64,000 nucleotides of DNA, taken from the NCBI RefSeq assembly GCF_009914755.1, contig NC_060925.1; one strand, 5' to 3'. The first letter of the stretch is position 1; the number at the start of each line of letters is the position of its first letter. Both the position numbers and the translations under genes were made by a program. Below the pieces are notes generated by a model. It had not been told where the DNA came from. It ran no database searches and saw only the letters and a list, made by a program, of their open reading frames with translations. This DNA is from the human T2T-CHM13v2.0 reference genome, Homo sapiens. Positions 28,495 to 44,663 of the stretch are shown in pieces.

Positions 28495-28568
28495 CAGGGG
28501 CCATTCCTAGAACTACAAAGAGAAGGGAATTCTGGGAAATGTAGTTCCAGCTGACTATCATGCCACCG
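28495..28568 (-). mobile_element. 5' LTR stub of the same ERV-L provirus
   Basis: gggaattctgggaaatgtagttccagct resembles ggtattctaagaaatgttatttccagct at ~25554-25581. Confidence 0.5.
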
Positions 28569-28787
28569 TCCAAAGCATTGCCGACACACTGCCTTCCTCT
28601 ACCTGGCTGTCTTTTTCAGCTTCCAGATGAAATTACATCTTGTTTTCCCTTTCAGTGGAATGGGTCTCTTTTTAGAGCTACGAAGCTAAGTGCAATGACA
28701 TGCTTTCCCCAGATTAAAACCAAAGGTCACTGCCACTTCCTTTGAGGCCTCAGAGTCACTGCCATCTTGTATTGGGAGTCCCTCTGT

Positions 28788-28905
28788 GGTGTGGCATGGT
28801 GGCTCACACCTGTAATCCCAGTGCTTTGGGAGGCCAAGATGGGAGGATTGCTTGAGGCCAAGAGTTTGAGACCAGTCTGGTAAAATAATAATAATAATAA
28901 TAAAA
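28788..28905 (+). mobile_element. FLAM / Alu left monomer
   Basis: ggtggctcacacctgtaatcccagtgctttggg...(taa)n. Confidence 0.85.
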
Positions 28906-29974
28906 TAACAGAGTCCTGCTATCTCTGTATTGATAATAGCTACCCACCTACAAGTTGCTCTCAGCAATTGACACACACCCTGCCACTTAATTCTGACAAC
29001 TTTATGATGAAGTAATTATTATCCCCATTTTGTAGATGTGGAAACTGAAGCCAAGAGAGCAAACTTGTGCAATTGACAAGGGATAGAACTGCAATTCAAA
29101 ATCAGTTCCCTGCCTCTATTGCCAGGGCAGGTTGTAGGGAACTTTCTGCCCCCTCCCCCTTTTTTTCCAGCTTGAGTTAAAATCCATTCCAGGTCATTGG
29201 AGAGGGATTAGATATGGAATCCCAGAACCATAGATTGTCCTTGCTGGATGGGGCCCTCAATAACAATTTAGAGTTGGGAAAATTAAAGAAGTTGAAATTG
29301 AGGCAGTTCGTCCAAGGCAAGCCAATGGGACATTAACAGGACCTGGGTCAGAGGGTGATGGCCACAGCTGTGTTTAGGGGATGAGAGTGAAGTGGGGGAA
29401 AGAGCTTGCAGTTCCAAACGTGCCTGATGCTGGGATTCACATCATCCTTAGACCAACATTGTGCCTGTTCAGAGAATCACATTCTTTTTCCTGACTTACC
29501 CTCTGGTCCCAGCAGGCAGGTACAGCTGGCCAGCTTGGCTGTAACCAAGCTTCACCACCTGCCCACCTCATTGGCCAGACAGCTTTAGAGAGAGTCCCTT
29601 TGGGCCAGTCCCCAGAGGTCACTTGGATTTCCTTGGCCTCATTTGGTTCCAAGGGAGCTGGAAGTCTCTTCTTGATTTGTTTGTTCTAAAAGAGTGAGGG
29701 GTCCCACGGAGGCAGATGACCTATTTCTTGAGGACTGGCCTGACTGTGTGCTCAAATAAAAAGACACAAGAAACTTGGTCTTCTTTCAGGCTCATCTAGA
29801 TCCAGCTGATGTGGACATTCCTATTCCAGTGCTGGCATCTATAGTTTAGTGGGGGACGTTCTCTGGGGTATCCAGCAAATGCATCATGGCCTGGACATGT
29901 GGGCCTGAAAGGTCTCTATCTCTACTTAGTGCTCTAGGAAACAGCAGGCACTGGCTGAATAAGGCTTAGGTGGG

Positions 29975-31370
<1,396 letters not shown>

Positions 31371-31626
31371 TACCAAGTGGAACTTCCTGACTAGCTCTGC
31401 CACTTACTGACCAAGATACCTTGGACCAGTTAGTTACTTAACAGCTCTGTGCCTCAGTTTCCCCAAATGTAAATCAAATGTAAATTTGGGAGAATAGCGG
31501 TCCGAGCTTCATGAGGTTATTATGAAGACTGACCTGCTACATAGTAAGTACTCAGTAAACATTAACTCTCATTATTATTATTAATTATTATTATTATTGT
31601 TGGTGGTGGTGGTATAGAATCTAGCC

Positions 31627-32111
<485 letters not shown>

Positions 32112-33570
32112 CTCTACACCAAATTGGCTCCCTTTCAGAGCATGTTTCAGCACAGATTTCTCATGCTTTTTCAGAGGTGGGGGTTGGCCCAATCCTGCAC
32201 CAGGATGGGGTGAGGGTTCAGTGGATGATGTTCCTGTCCCCCTGCCCTCACCCTGAAACTGTCCCACCCAGGCCCAGAGCTCAGTGTGATGGTGGCTCTA
32301 GGAGAGATGCCTGGAGGTGCGCATCCCCCTGTCCCCTCCCCGCCACCCTCTCCCGAGCATGTTGTTTGTGGTAATCGCATGCCCATCACAGCGCTTGGGC
32401 GACATGACACTATAGAATTACACGGCTGAGTGGAGGGATTAATAGCTGATGGGGTGGGTGGCCCTGGAGAGTCGGATGCTGATCCACCAGTAGCTCGGGC
32501 ATGCACCCCACCCCCATCCCTCCCTCCCTGTCATGCTCCCAGGCACTGCAGGGGCCTCTCCAGGCCAAGGCATTCATCAGTGATGCAGGAAGGAGACAGA
32601 CCAGCTTGGGAAGCACCTGGCTGGCATCTGATGCAGCTGTGCCCCCTCACTGGCTGTGTGAACCTGAGGGAGTCACCTGGCTTCTCGGAAGGATTGTTTC
32701 AAGGATGGGAGATGATCCCATTTGTATGTGTGGCCCAGGGTGGAAACATCTCCTCAGGGAGCGTGGTGGCCTTTTGACTTCCTGACATTAAGGGCCCAAC
32801 ACAGAGCTTAGCATGTGACAGGAGCTCAGAAAATAAGTGCCGAGTGAGTAAAAGGCAGGAGCGCAGAGCCTGCATGGATGTGGTGCCCAATTATCATTGC
32901 TGTTGATGATATTAATTTTATTATTAGCTGTTTTATTTAGTTGCTATTGATGATAATAACAATTTTACTCCGAGGTCGATTCTTGGAAGCCTTCCTTTGG
33001 CCAGCCTGCAGGAACAGGCATGAGTTTCCAGACACTGGTGGGGTTTTTCCAGCCGGGAGCGGGAAGAAAAGAGCTGCGGTTTTGGAGGATGAGGCTGTGG
33101 AGGGTGAATGCCTTTGGATTCCCACTGGAAGGTGGGCGAGAGAGCAAAGGCATGGGTAGCTCTGACACATAGAGACAAGTGAGGGATGAAAAGAAAGAAA
33201 AAAAGATTGACAGATAAATAAATAGAAGACGGAAGCAAAGGTAGATGGGCAGGTTGCCAGACAGGCAGATAAATAGATAGGTAAGTGATGGCTGGTGTCC
33301 TCTGCTCAGCCCCTCCTCCTCTCTCACTCGCCCCTCCACTGTCGCACACTCATAATAAGACAGAAAAAGAGCCCGACGTTGACTCAGCACCTTAGGGGGC
33401 TGAAGACTTAGGGGAAATTCTGAGGGCAGCCGGGCCACATCGCCTCTGTCTGCCTTTATGAGAAGGAACTAAAGATTCAGATCAAAGGGTGAGTTTGGAC
33501 CAAAAGAGGCAGACTGGTAGGGGTGTGGGCTGGAAAGAGGTGCGACTGGAGGCAGGAGCTGTGGATTTGA

Positions 33571-34045
<475 letters not shown>

Positions 34046-34139
34046 TGAGACTCAGCTTATCCACTCTTTTCTTTTTTTTTCTTTTCTTTTTTACTCTTCT
34101 TTTCCTCCTCTCTTCTCCTCTACTCTCTCTCTCTCTGTC

Positions 34140-34284
34140 TCTCTTTTTTTTTTTTTTAATGAGACAGAGTCTTGCTCTGTCACCCAGGCCTCACTGCAGC
34201 CTTGACCTCCTGGGCTCAAGCAATCCTCTCCCCTCAACCTCTCAAAATGTTAAGATTACAGGCATGAGCCACCGAGCCCGGCCA
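34140..34284 (-). mobile_element. FLAM / internally deleted AluJ
   Basis: gagacagagtcttgctctgtcacccaggcctcactgcagcc...ggcatgagccaccgagcccggcc. Confidence 0.8.
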
Positions 34285-34742
34285 GCTATCCATTTTTTTT
34301 TTTCTGATTCTGTGACCTTGAGCAAATTTATGCTTTTCTGGGCCTCAGTTTCATCTCCTGTCCTTTGAGCTGCTGTGCAGGTCATGAGGAGAGGTGCCAT
34401 GCCACTGCCAGGGGTGGTGATTATGGACACCCATCTGACATTGGGCTAGGGGAGTTGAGTGACAAAATGCAAAGCATTCAGTGATGATGTGAATGCTGTG
34501 GGTGTGTGCTCACCCATGTGTGGGTCTGTCGGCCTGCCTGGGTCGGAGCTGGACTGTGACACTGGGTGATCAGCGTCACAGTCAGGCAGACTGTCCGCCT
34601 CGTGGGGGAGCTGTGCGTGTGGGATCTCGCTTCCCTTGAGTCATAGCTATTGCGGGCCCAGGCACACCGCTGGAAGCAGGGCATGCTTTGCTGGTCCCCG
34701 GTCTCACCATCACCCTGCAAAGTCACCTTGACATCTGGAGGC

Positions 34743-34894
34743 AGGACTGGCTATGTAATTTGCAGAACCCTGGGCATAATAAACACGTGGGGTCTCTTGT
34801 TAAAAAAATTATTGAGAATTTCAGGATGGCAACAGCAGAAGAGTAAACCAAGTCCCTTGTGCCTGCACAGACTGCACTCCGCAAAGCCCACCCT
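34743..34894 (-). mobile_element. MER45A-like hAT-Tip100 DNA transposon
   Basis: caggactggctatgtaatttgcag...aaaattattgagaatttcaggatggcaacagcag...ccctg. Confidence 0.75.
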
Positions 34895-34959
34895 GCCTTG
34901 GGCCACACGGTCCCTTGACTAGTGAGGTCAGGGTGAGAACAGGGGCTATGAGCTGTACT

Positions 34960-35160
34960 CTCCTCGGTTCTCCCACTTACTAGGTCTGTGAAATTGGACA
35001 GGACACTTAATCTCTGTGCCTCCCTTTCCTCATCTGTAAAATGGAGATGATAGTACCTACCTCCTATGCTTTTTGTGTCAATTAAACGAGTGAATACCTT
35101 CAGCACTGGCCACTGTGCCCACCACAGGTATACAATAAATATCAGTGATTGTCATCATCC
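34960..35160 (+). mobile_element. MIR SINE
   Basis: cacttaatctctgtgcctccctttcctcatctgtaaaatggagatgatagtacctacctc. Confidence 0.85.
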
Positions 35161-35999
35161 TGCTGGCCAAGTTACAGAGGCAGTAAGCGACAGGGTCTGA
35201 AGACGGAACCAGAGCTGTGCAAATCCAAACCTCTCCCTCCAGGACAGATTCCAAAGTTAGCCTTTCCCAGGCTCTGGGGCTCAGAAATGGGCAGAAGTTT
35301 GCTTTTTCCCTAGAGGAGCTCATGGCTATCCCTTTAAGAGAAAATCCGTGGCCTACTGACGCTGGTTATGAGCCCCCATCTAGCCTTGAATCATGGGGAG
35401 CCTGTTCCTGGTACCTTTCTATTCTTTCCTTGTCAAGGAGCCACTGATGCTCACTTTCCCTGATCTCACCTGCATCTGAAGGTAGGGGCTGCAGAGGGGA
35501 GGCTCAGGGACAGGTGAAGGCTAATGAGGGGTGCCCGCAGTGGGAGGGGAAAGTGGAGGAGGGACAGTGGGAAGCAGGGCAGGTCTGCAATGCTCAGAGG
35601 CTCACCTGTATCCAAGACCTTACCTCTGTGCTCAGGAGACTTTGGTCCAACCTTATGTATGAGACTTAGACACATACTTAGCTCATAGATGAGCACAGAT
35701 TTAGATTTTAAAAAACAACAAAGAACAAACTTGGGCAGGTATTGCATATGTTGACATGGTGGATAGACCAGCCTTGGGTAGGAGCTTAGATAGGAAGCAC
35801 TAAGAACTGGGCAGATCACGGAGGACTTCCTGGAGGAGCCACCGCTTCCACAGGCAATGTGGGGCTGGCAGCCATGTCTTGCCGTGCAGCCTTTCCCCTT
35901 CTCAGGGACAGCATGTTGCCCATCAGCAGCAGGCACGAAGTGGGGGCACCAGAAGGTCTAGAGCACCACTCTTTGCACCTAGGAGCCCACAGGTCTGGG

Positions 36000-36540
36000 C
36001 AGATCTGACCCTGTGGGTGGGGACACCGTGTGGAGCAGGTTGAGAGAGGGAGAGGCTGGCGGATGGCTCCTTGGGGACTGTGGGCCGGGGCCTGAGTTTG
36101 GCTTTTAGTGTAAGTGGTAGAAGGTTTGTGCGGAGTTCTAGGCAGAAACATGACTTGATTTGATTTACGCTTTAAAAAGATCACTCTGGTGATTGGTTGG
36201 AGAATGTGGGGTAAGGAGCCAGGAGTGCAGCTGACAGGCCAGTTAGAAGGTTTGCCGCATTATCCAGGCAGGAGGGGAGAGGGGTTGGATTCGGGCATGG
36301 GAGCTGGAGACCAATATACGTATTGGAGATTTACTTTAGACACTGAATTCCCAAGCCACGCCGCCAGTTTTGAGGTGGAGGCTGCAGGAAGAAGGATCAG
36401 GTGTGGCTCCCAGGGAGGAATGGGGGCTGGGGGAGAGGAGGAGAGGGAGAGGAAGATAAGATCCTGTTTGGGGCTTGCGGAGCCTGAGACGTTCGTGAGG
36501 CATGGATGGGGTTTGCTGATGAGGAAGCTTGGGGTTTAGG
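36000..36540 (-). mobile_element. L2 LINE fragment
   Basis: tgatttacgctttaaaaagatcactctggtg...ggagaatgtgggg. Confidence 0.65.
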
Positions 36541-36954
36541 GGTGGGGCAGACTCACTTTCTCACGCCGGGTGTTTATTCTCCTCCCTGACAATGCTTTGA
36601 CTCTCATGGAGAGACCTAAAGGTGGAATTCAGGCAGCAGGCGTGGGAGGTTGAGGGACTAGTTCGGGTGGGCACTTTCTTCAGGGGCCCTCAGATCCTCT
36701 CAGTGAGCGTTCCTCTATGCTGTCATGTGGGATGGTGGATCCTGTCTCTGAAATGAAGGATTTTATGTAGTCGGGATGGGAAGAGAAAGAGAAGAGGGAA
36801 CCCAGAAAATGAGACAAACAAATGAGACCGAAATGGAGGGGGATGGAATTAGGAAGATGGAGCTGGAAAGAATGAGATGGAAAGACAGAGGGGGTGGAGA
36901 TGGGGTCGAGAAGCAGGTGCCGGTGGGGCAGGGAGACCGAGACGGGGATGCGGG

Positions 36955-37909
<955 letters not shown>

Positions 37910-38597
37910 TCACCTGTGCTGATTGGCCTTGGGTTTCCTTAGAGCCATGGGACTGGGGCCCTGCACAAAGCCTTTTTGTCCCTACAGGCAGGGCCCAGTC
38001 ACCAAGCCAGAGCCCTGGGTGGCTGCAAACCCTGTTTCCCTCCACAGAGGCGTTTGTCCCCTCCCTCATGGTGACACATGCCAGACAGTTAAAAGAAAAT
38101 TCCTGCTTTTGGGTTTTAATCTAATTAATTGCAGGCATTCCTGCCCCATCTTGCCATTCCCTCTGGGAGCCAGGGTTGCCCTGAGGATAAGGCTTTTGTC
38201 TTCTGAGCATCCTAATGCTAGCTGGTGGCTGGACCTCCTGCCACTCTACCTGGACTGAATTAAACCTGTGGGCCAGGACCTCAAAGGTGAGCCTTCAGGA
38301 TGCTGGGTCCAGAGTGCAGGCCTGGGTGCCCTAAGCCAGCTCCTGGCTGGTGATGTGGCTTAGGAGGGTCCAGGTCTAGAAGATACCCCCCGACCCCTGT
38401 GCCCCCAGGTGATATGGGGTGATCAGGGAATGAAGTTTTTGCATTCTGATGTGCTTGAAGAAATGTTTCCCCCAGGTTATGGGGCTTCAAACTCTGTTTA
38501 AGGACTTTTGGGAAGAGAGAGAGGTGGTGGGAATCCGTGCAGGTAAGTCCAGAAAAGACCTGGGCAACACGGGGGACCTTCAGGTTGCTGCCAGCAT

Positions 38598-38930
38598 TTT
38601 TTTTTCTTTTTTCTTTTCTTTTTCTTTCTTTCTTTTTTTTCTTTTTTTTTGAGATGGAGTCTTGCCCTGTCACCCAGGCTGGAGTGCAGTGACGCGATCT
38701 CGGCTCACTGCAACCTCTGCCTCCTGGGTTCAAGCGATTCTTCTGCCTCAGCCTGCTGAGTAGCTGGGTCTGCAGGTGCACACCACCACACCCGGCCAAT
38801 TTTTACATTTTTAGTAGAGATGGGGATTCATCATATTGGCCATGCTGTTCTCGAACTCCTGACCTCGTGATCCACCCACTTCGGCCTCCCAAAGTGCTGG
38901 GATTACAGGTGTGAGCCACCATGCCCGGCC
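38598..38930 (-). mobile_element. AluS (Sg-like)
   Basis: Full dimer; degenerate TSD gctgc..gcattttttt. Confidence 0.92.
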
Positions 38931-39139
38931 GCTGCTGGCATTTTTTTGGTACCACTGAAGCCCAGTGTGCAAGGCAGCTGCCCAGAAGCATCTCTGCTTC
39001 TCTCTCCTGGAGCAGCGGAGAGCACAGCCTCTCCCAAAGTAGCCCAAACTTAGTCTCAGTGAGGGGAAGAGCAGGGAAATTAACACTGATCAAGCTTTCT
39101 AGCTGGTGCTGGAAGCCCTCTCCAACTAGCAGGAGTTGA

Positions 39140-39330
39140 GTAGAGTCTGGAGCCAGATGCTCGGGGTTGAACTGGCTCTGCCTCTGACCAGCTGTGCTTC
39201 TCCTTGGGCAAGTTGCTTAACCTCTCCGTGTCTACTCTAAAGGATTGTGATGAACAGTGAATAAAGCACACAAGTAAAGTGTTTGGATCAGAGCCTGTTA
39301 AACTGAGATGCTAGGTCCATGTTAGCTATT
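39140..39330 (+). mobile_element. MIR SINE
   Basis: tctggagccagatgc...ccttgggcaagttgcttaacctctc. Confidence 0.8.
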
Positions 39331-40122
39331 CTCCTGTTTCTTCTTTTAGACATTCCCCAAACCCCACAGGTGTGTCCTAGTAGGATCCTCATTTTATAGA
39401 TGAGGAAAGTGAGGCCCAGGAGGGACATGACTCACTCAAAACCACGAAGCTGAGGAGGGGCACAGTGGGGCCACACTCAGGCCTGACTCGTGCCCGGCCT
39501 GTCCCTCTCCTGCTTCCTGCATCTGCAGCTGGGTGTGGCTAAGCACAGAGGGAAGGAAGAATTGAGGGTTCTGAAGGCTCCCAAGAGGTCCTCCTTGCTC
39601 CCCCAAGTCCCTTAACTGAGGCAGTGCTGTGGCACATCCCAGACTCACACGGACAGCCTGTCCCTTGTTCACATGCCAGGCCAGCAGAGAAGGGGAGCAG
39701 CCCTTCTCCTTGCTTCTCAGACTGTCAGATGCACTCCAGCTCAGGGAGGCAAGCAGCCAGCATGGGACTTCCCATTCCCTCACTAGAGGAGCATCTGTCC
39801 AGCTTCTCTGACAGGCTGCCCACTGTCTCTTGGCTCAGGAGCCAGGGAGACTGGTACCCGAGGATGGTTGACAGAACCTGTGGGGAGGGTGACAGGTAGT
39901 GGCCAGCCCCAGTGCCCACAGACAAGCTTTCCGCCCTGACAGCTGACTTTGATGGCCCAGCCTGGCTATCCTGACTCTAAGATCCATGAGAAAATCTCCC
40001 AGAATGGGTCAGATGAGAACAGGCTAGATGGGAAGGATGGAATTTACAAATGCTATTGTATTAGGGTGAGGATAGTAAAGCAGGCCTGTTGAGCCAGATT
40101 CCCCTTGCTGTGCCGCGAGTGA

Positions 40123-40484
<362 letters not shown>

Positions 40485-40759
40485 TTCTGACTCTTCTAAT
40501 CTTAGAGTTGGGAGTACAAGGTGGAGATTTCTTGGTACTATTACTTCATTTTCCAGATGGGGAAACTGAGGCTTAGAGATTGGAGATGGGTTACTTACTC
40601 AAGCCCACACAGCAAAACCTACATGACTGAGCTGGACTTAGAGCCCACATTTCTAGAGTCATAGACCAGCCTGTCTCCGAAGAGCTTTCCAGTCCTAGCC
40701 AGCATCAGGTCTCTGCCAAGACAGCCTCCCATACCCCTGCCCCACCATGCCAAAAACAG

Positions 40760-40985
40760 TAGCTAATATGTATTGAGCACTTACTATGTGGCAGTCTCTG
40801 TTCCAAATGCTCTATAAGTATTCAGTTACTTTATCTCACTTCTTAGGAAGTAGTGGTATTATCCCCATTTCACACATGGGGAAACTGAGTCACAGAGAAT
40901 AACTTGCCCAAAGTCATCCTACTAGAAAATGGCAGAGTCGGGATTTGAACCCAGACCATAGGGCTCCAGATTCAAAGTGACTGAC
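40760..40985 (-). mobile_element. MIR SINE
   Basis: tattgagcacttactatgtg...ggaaactgagtcacagag...ggatttgaacccag. Confidence 0.85.
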
Positions 40986-42503
40986 AGCTTAGGAAGAGAC
41001 AGCTTCCCAGGAGCCAATGCCCATTGCCCTCAAGTTGTTACCCACTTACAATCTAATTGCTTTTACGTGCTGCTGAATTCCTTTATAAAAGTCTTCTTTA
41101 CTATGTCTTAATTGGAGAGTCCCAGGGCCAAAAAGTAGACAGATTCAAAGTGGTTTCATGAAATATAATACAGGAAAATGATATTCATCTGTGGGAAAAA
41201 TCCTACAGCTAAAGGGAAAAAGATCAGAGCAAAGAGCCACAGAGAAAACTTTTGTCTGGTGACTGGCCTGGGACAGAAGTCGAGACAGGGATCTTTGGTG
41301 ACTGCTTGGTCCCTCCTCGATGTGTAAACTTGCTGTCTTCCCACCCATCCCTGGACCTCAGGATCTGTAAAGGGGGGGTGTTGATCTAAGAGATTTTCTG
41401 TTTCAAGGCCCTTCCAGCTCTGAAGTTGGAGGGTGGGGTGAGCTCCTTTGGACAGTTCCTCTATTGCACAATGGGTTTGCATGAGAAAGGCCCATTGAGA
41501 ATTCCCTGCCCTTTTCACAGGAATCTGCTCTCAAGTGAGGTTTTCCCACCTATCCTGGGGCTGGACAATTCCTTTTGTAGGGAAGATCCCCTTAGGTCTA
41601 ACGTAAGAGCCCCCACTCCCATTCTATCTTTCTTCTTCAAGGATGCTTTCTGTCATTTTCTTCATGTCAGACAAAACTCAGAACAGGCCTGAATTTGCCA
41701 TCGTGTGCTGGGGCGTGTCCAGGCCTGTCAGAGATGCCACTGATTGCTTCATTATGCTGTTGCTGAGCAAATTGAGCCAGAAGGGGAGAGAGTGTGCTCT
41801 TTCCTTCATCCCAGTTCGAGGCGCTCCATTCCCTCCAGTCATGCAAGATGGGAGGAGCACCTAAGCCCACCTGCTGCAACGCGAACCCCTCAGCCAACTC
41901 ACCCCATGACCCTGGTGAGGTGGTCAGCTCCCTTGGGGGAGAGAGGAGTTGGGATGACCTGATCTTCCTCTGCAGTTCAGCATCTCAATATAACTCAAGA
42001 TGCATCGCCTCCCAGTTGCTTAAGCACTGACCTAGTTCACTCGCCATTCTTCTATTCTTTCCTTCAATAATTTGGGAAATATTTACTGAGACCCTGCTGT
42101 GCGTCCTACTCTGAGATGGCATCTGGACTCTCTGGAGTTTGTGGAATGGTCAGAAGAAGGCTATAGCCTGTATTCAGCTGGACCTGGATTCAAGTCCTGA
42201 CTCTTGCACTTAACAAGGTATAAGATTTAGGGGAGCTGCCTCCCTCCTCCAATCTTCCATGCCCTTACTTACAAAACAGGCATATGAGGATCGACCTCCT
42301 ACAGTGGCTGGGAGGGGCCTGTCTGTTATCTATTCGGCACCTGGCATGGGGTTACATAAGTAACTGTTAAGTTTCTTTTTTCTATACTCTCCAACCCTGC
42401 CTTCACCCTCAACTCTGCATATGTTGTGACTTTTGCAAGTATGTTTTCTACTCACTGGATCAGACAGACTCTTAGGGTGCTCTCTTCTCTTCTAACACTC
42501 CCC

Positions 42504-42888
42504 TGATGTGGTTTGGCTCTGTGTCCCCACCCAAACTTCATATTCAATTGTAATCCTCCCTAATGTTGGGGGAGGGGCATGGTGGGAGGTGATTGAGTCA
42601 TGAGGGCTGACTTCCCCCTTGTTGTTCTTGTGATAGAGTTCTCTTGAGACCTGGTTGTTTGAAAGCATGGAGCACTTCCTCCTTCGCTCTCTCTCTCTCC
42701 TGCTTTGCCATCTGAAGAGGGTGCTGGCTTCCCCTTCACCCTTCTGCCATGATTGTAAGTTTCCTGAGGCTTCCCCACCCATGCTTCCTGTACAATCTGA
42801 GGAATTGTGAGTCAATTAAACCTCTTTTCTTTGTAAATTACCCAGTCTCAGGTAGTTCTTTGTGGCTGTGTAAGAATGGACTAATACA
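42504..42888 (+). mobile_element. MSTA-like MaLR solo LTR
   Basis: tgatgtggtttggctctgtgtccccaccc...gaatggactaataca. Confidence 0.9.
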
Positions 42889-43417
42889 CCCCTCAAAGCA
42901 GGATCTGAGTTTTCCTTTGAGACTGGGAGCTCCCTGAGAAAGAGCGCTCCTTCTCCCATCACTCAGCTGATGATCCCAGGAGTACTAAACTGGCTAAGCC
43001 CATAGTAAGGAATGGAACAGGAACTGACCAGGATGCTGACTTGTTCTAGCCGCTCTCACTCAAGAGGAAGGAAATTGTACTTCACAAATGTCTTCATATT
43101 CCTGTGTAGATCCTCTGGCTTCTCTCATCACCAATATTTTCCCAAGTGTGAAAAGCTCTTTCAGACTCAGCTTGTAGAAACAGGCCTAGGGAGGTGAATG
43201 AATTGAGGTGAATGCGTTAAGGTGACCGATCAAAACCAAAGGCATCAACTCCTCGGGCCCCCATTTCTCAGGTGATGGAGGATGGGGGATGATGTGAGTG
43301 GAAAACTGCAAAATGCACAAAAAGACAACCATGAGATGATCTTCTGCCTAGTCTCCTTGTCTGTTACATGTCATTCTTTCAACTTAGGCTGGATAATGCA
43401 GCCAGATTCATTTTCTA

Positions 43418-43543
43418 TTAGGTTAGTGCACAGAAATAATCACACCATTTATTTTTGTGCAAAGAAATAATAATATGTGCAAAGAAATAATTGCACAATT
43501 ATTTTTAATGGCAAAAAATGCAATTACTTTTGCACCAACACAA
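43418..43543. mobile_element. MADE1 (Hsmar1-derived MITE), internally rearranged
   Basis: TA|ttaggttagtgca...taatggcaaaaaatgcaattacttttgcaccaacacaa|TA. Confidence 0.85.
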
Positions 43544-44433
43544 TAGAAGTCTTCCTATTATCTGAGGAAGACTCACAGAACATAAAGAGCTAGAAGAAGC
43601 CTTTGAGAACACAGAGTTTCCCTCTCTCATGTGATAGATTAAAGAATTGAGGCTCAGGGTAGCTGAGACATTTGTCCATGGCCCAAGATCCAGTGAGGGT
43701 CAGAGATGAGACCAAGACCAAAGAATCCTAAACACATCTCTTTCTTTTGTACAGGGCACGGCAGTTTTCAAATTGCTCTGTAGTGCCTTATTAACCTTTA
43801 TTTCCCTAGTGCCTGGAGCAGAGTCTGGCACAGATATTTACGAATGAAGGCTCTTGATGTTACCAACTTCTCACAATTATGTTAAATAGGCAGAGGTTAT
43901 GTTCCTGTGAGGCTTTGGGGCTGCTGCTGGTGGTTCGTCTAACATTACCTGTAGAATAAGTGACATTATCGGCAACACTTTTTCCAGATGCCACGCCTTC
44001 CTCAGTGTTCTACCATGGCTTCCATTGACTGTTGAACAAGAATGAGACTCCTTGGTGTGGCAATTCAAGGGCTTGGGAATGTGGTCCTCAGGTTTCATCA
44101 CTTCACACTGGATCAGAAATCTCTGATTTAGCCAGACCTCTTTCCTCATCACCCTACGCCCACGCCTTAAACATTCTCAAGCCTGTGTGACCCACATTCC
44201 TTCTGCACACACAGGTCAGCGCAGTGCTGCTAATATGTGAGCCCACAATAAGCATTTGGGGAATGAATGCTCACTCCATGCTCCCCATTTGTGCCCTCTC
44301 CTCTTTCCTTTTCTGTTCAGATACTACCCATCCTTCTAGGCCTCAGTCAAATCTCACCTCTTCCTGGAAGCTCTCCATGACCACCCTCATCCCCAGGAGT
44401 CTCTCCTTCTGAATTCCTATATCTTGTCCATGG

Positions 44434-44663
44434 TCATTTGACAATTAATCACCTACTCTGGGGCATTCTTTTGCTGTTTTCCCCTGTCTCCCCAATGTGT
44501 CCATAAGCTCCCAGCCAAGAAGACCCTTGTGTGCCTTGACTTCAACCCCCAGCTTGGAATTGAGAAACATCCCAGGCTTGATCAGTATCTGTGGAACAAT
44601 AACAGTAAGGACTCTGGTACCCAGAAAAAGTGAATCCCTTACAGATGTCCCTCAGCCAGCCAG
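44434..44663 (+). repeat. Copy 1 of a ~230-bp direct duplication (partner 46501-46729)
   Basis: About 28 differences in 230 bp (~88%). Confidence 0.93.

Noticed and set aside
32408-32420. tgacactatagaa, part of the SP6 phage promoter
   Set aside because: Only 13 nt match, no ATTTAGG and no vector context; chance.
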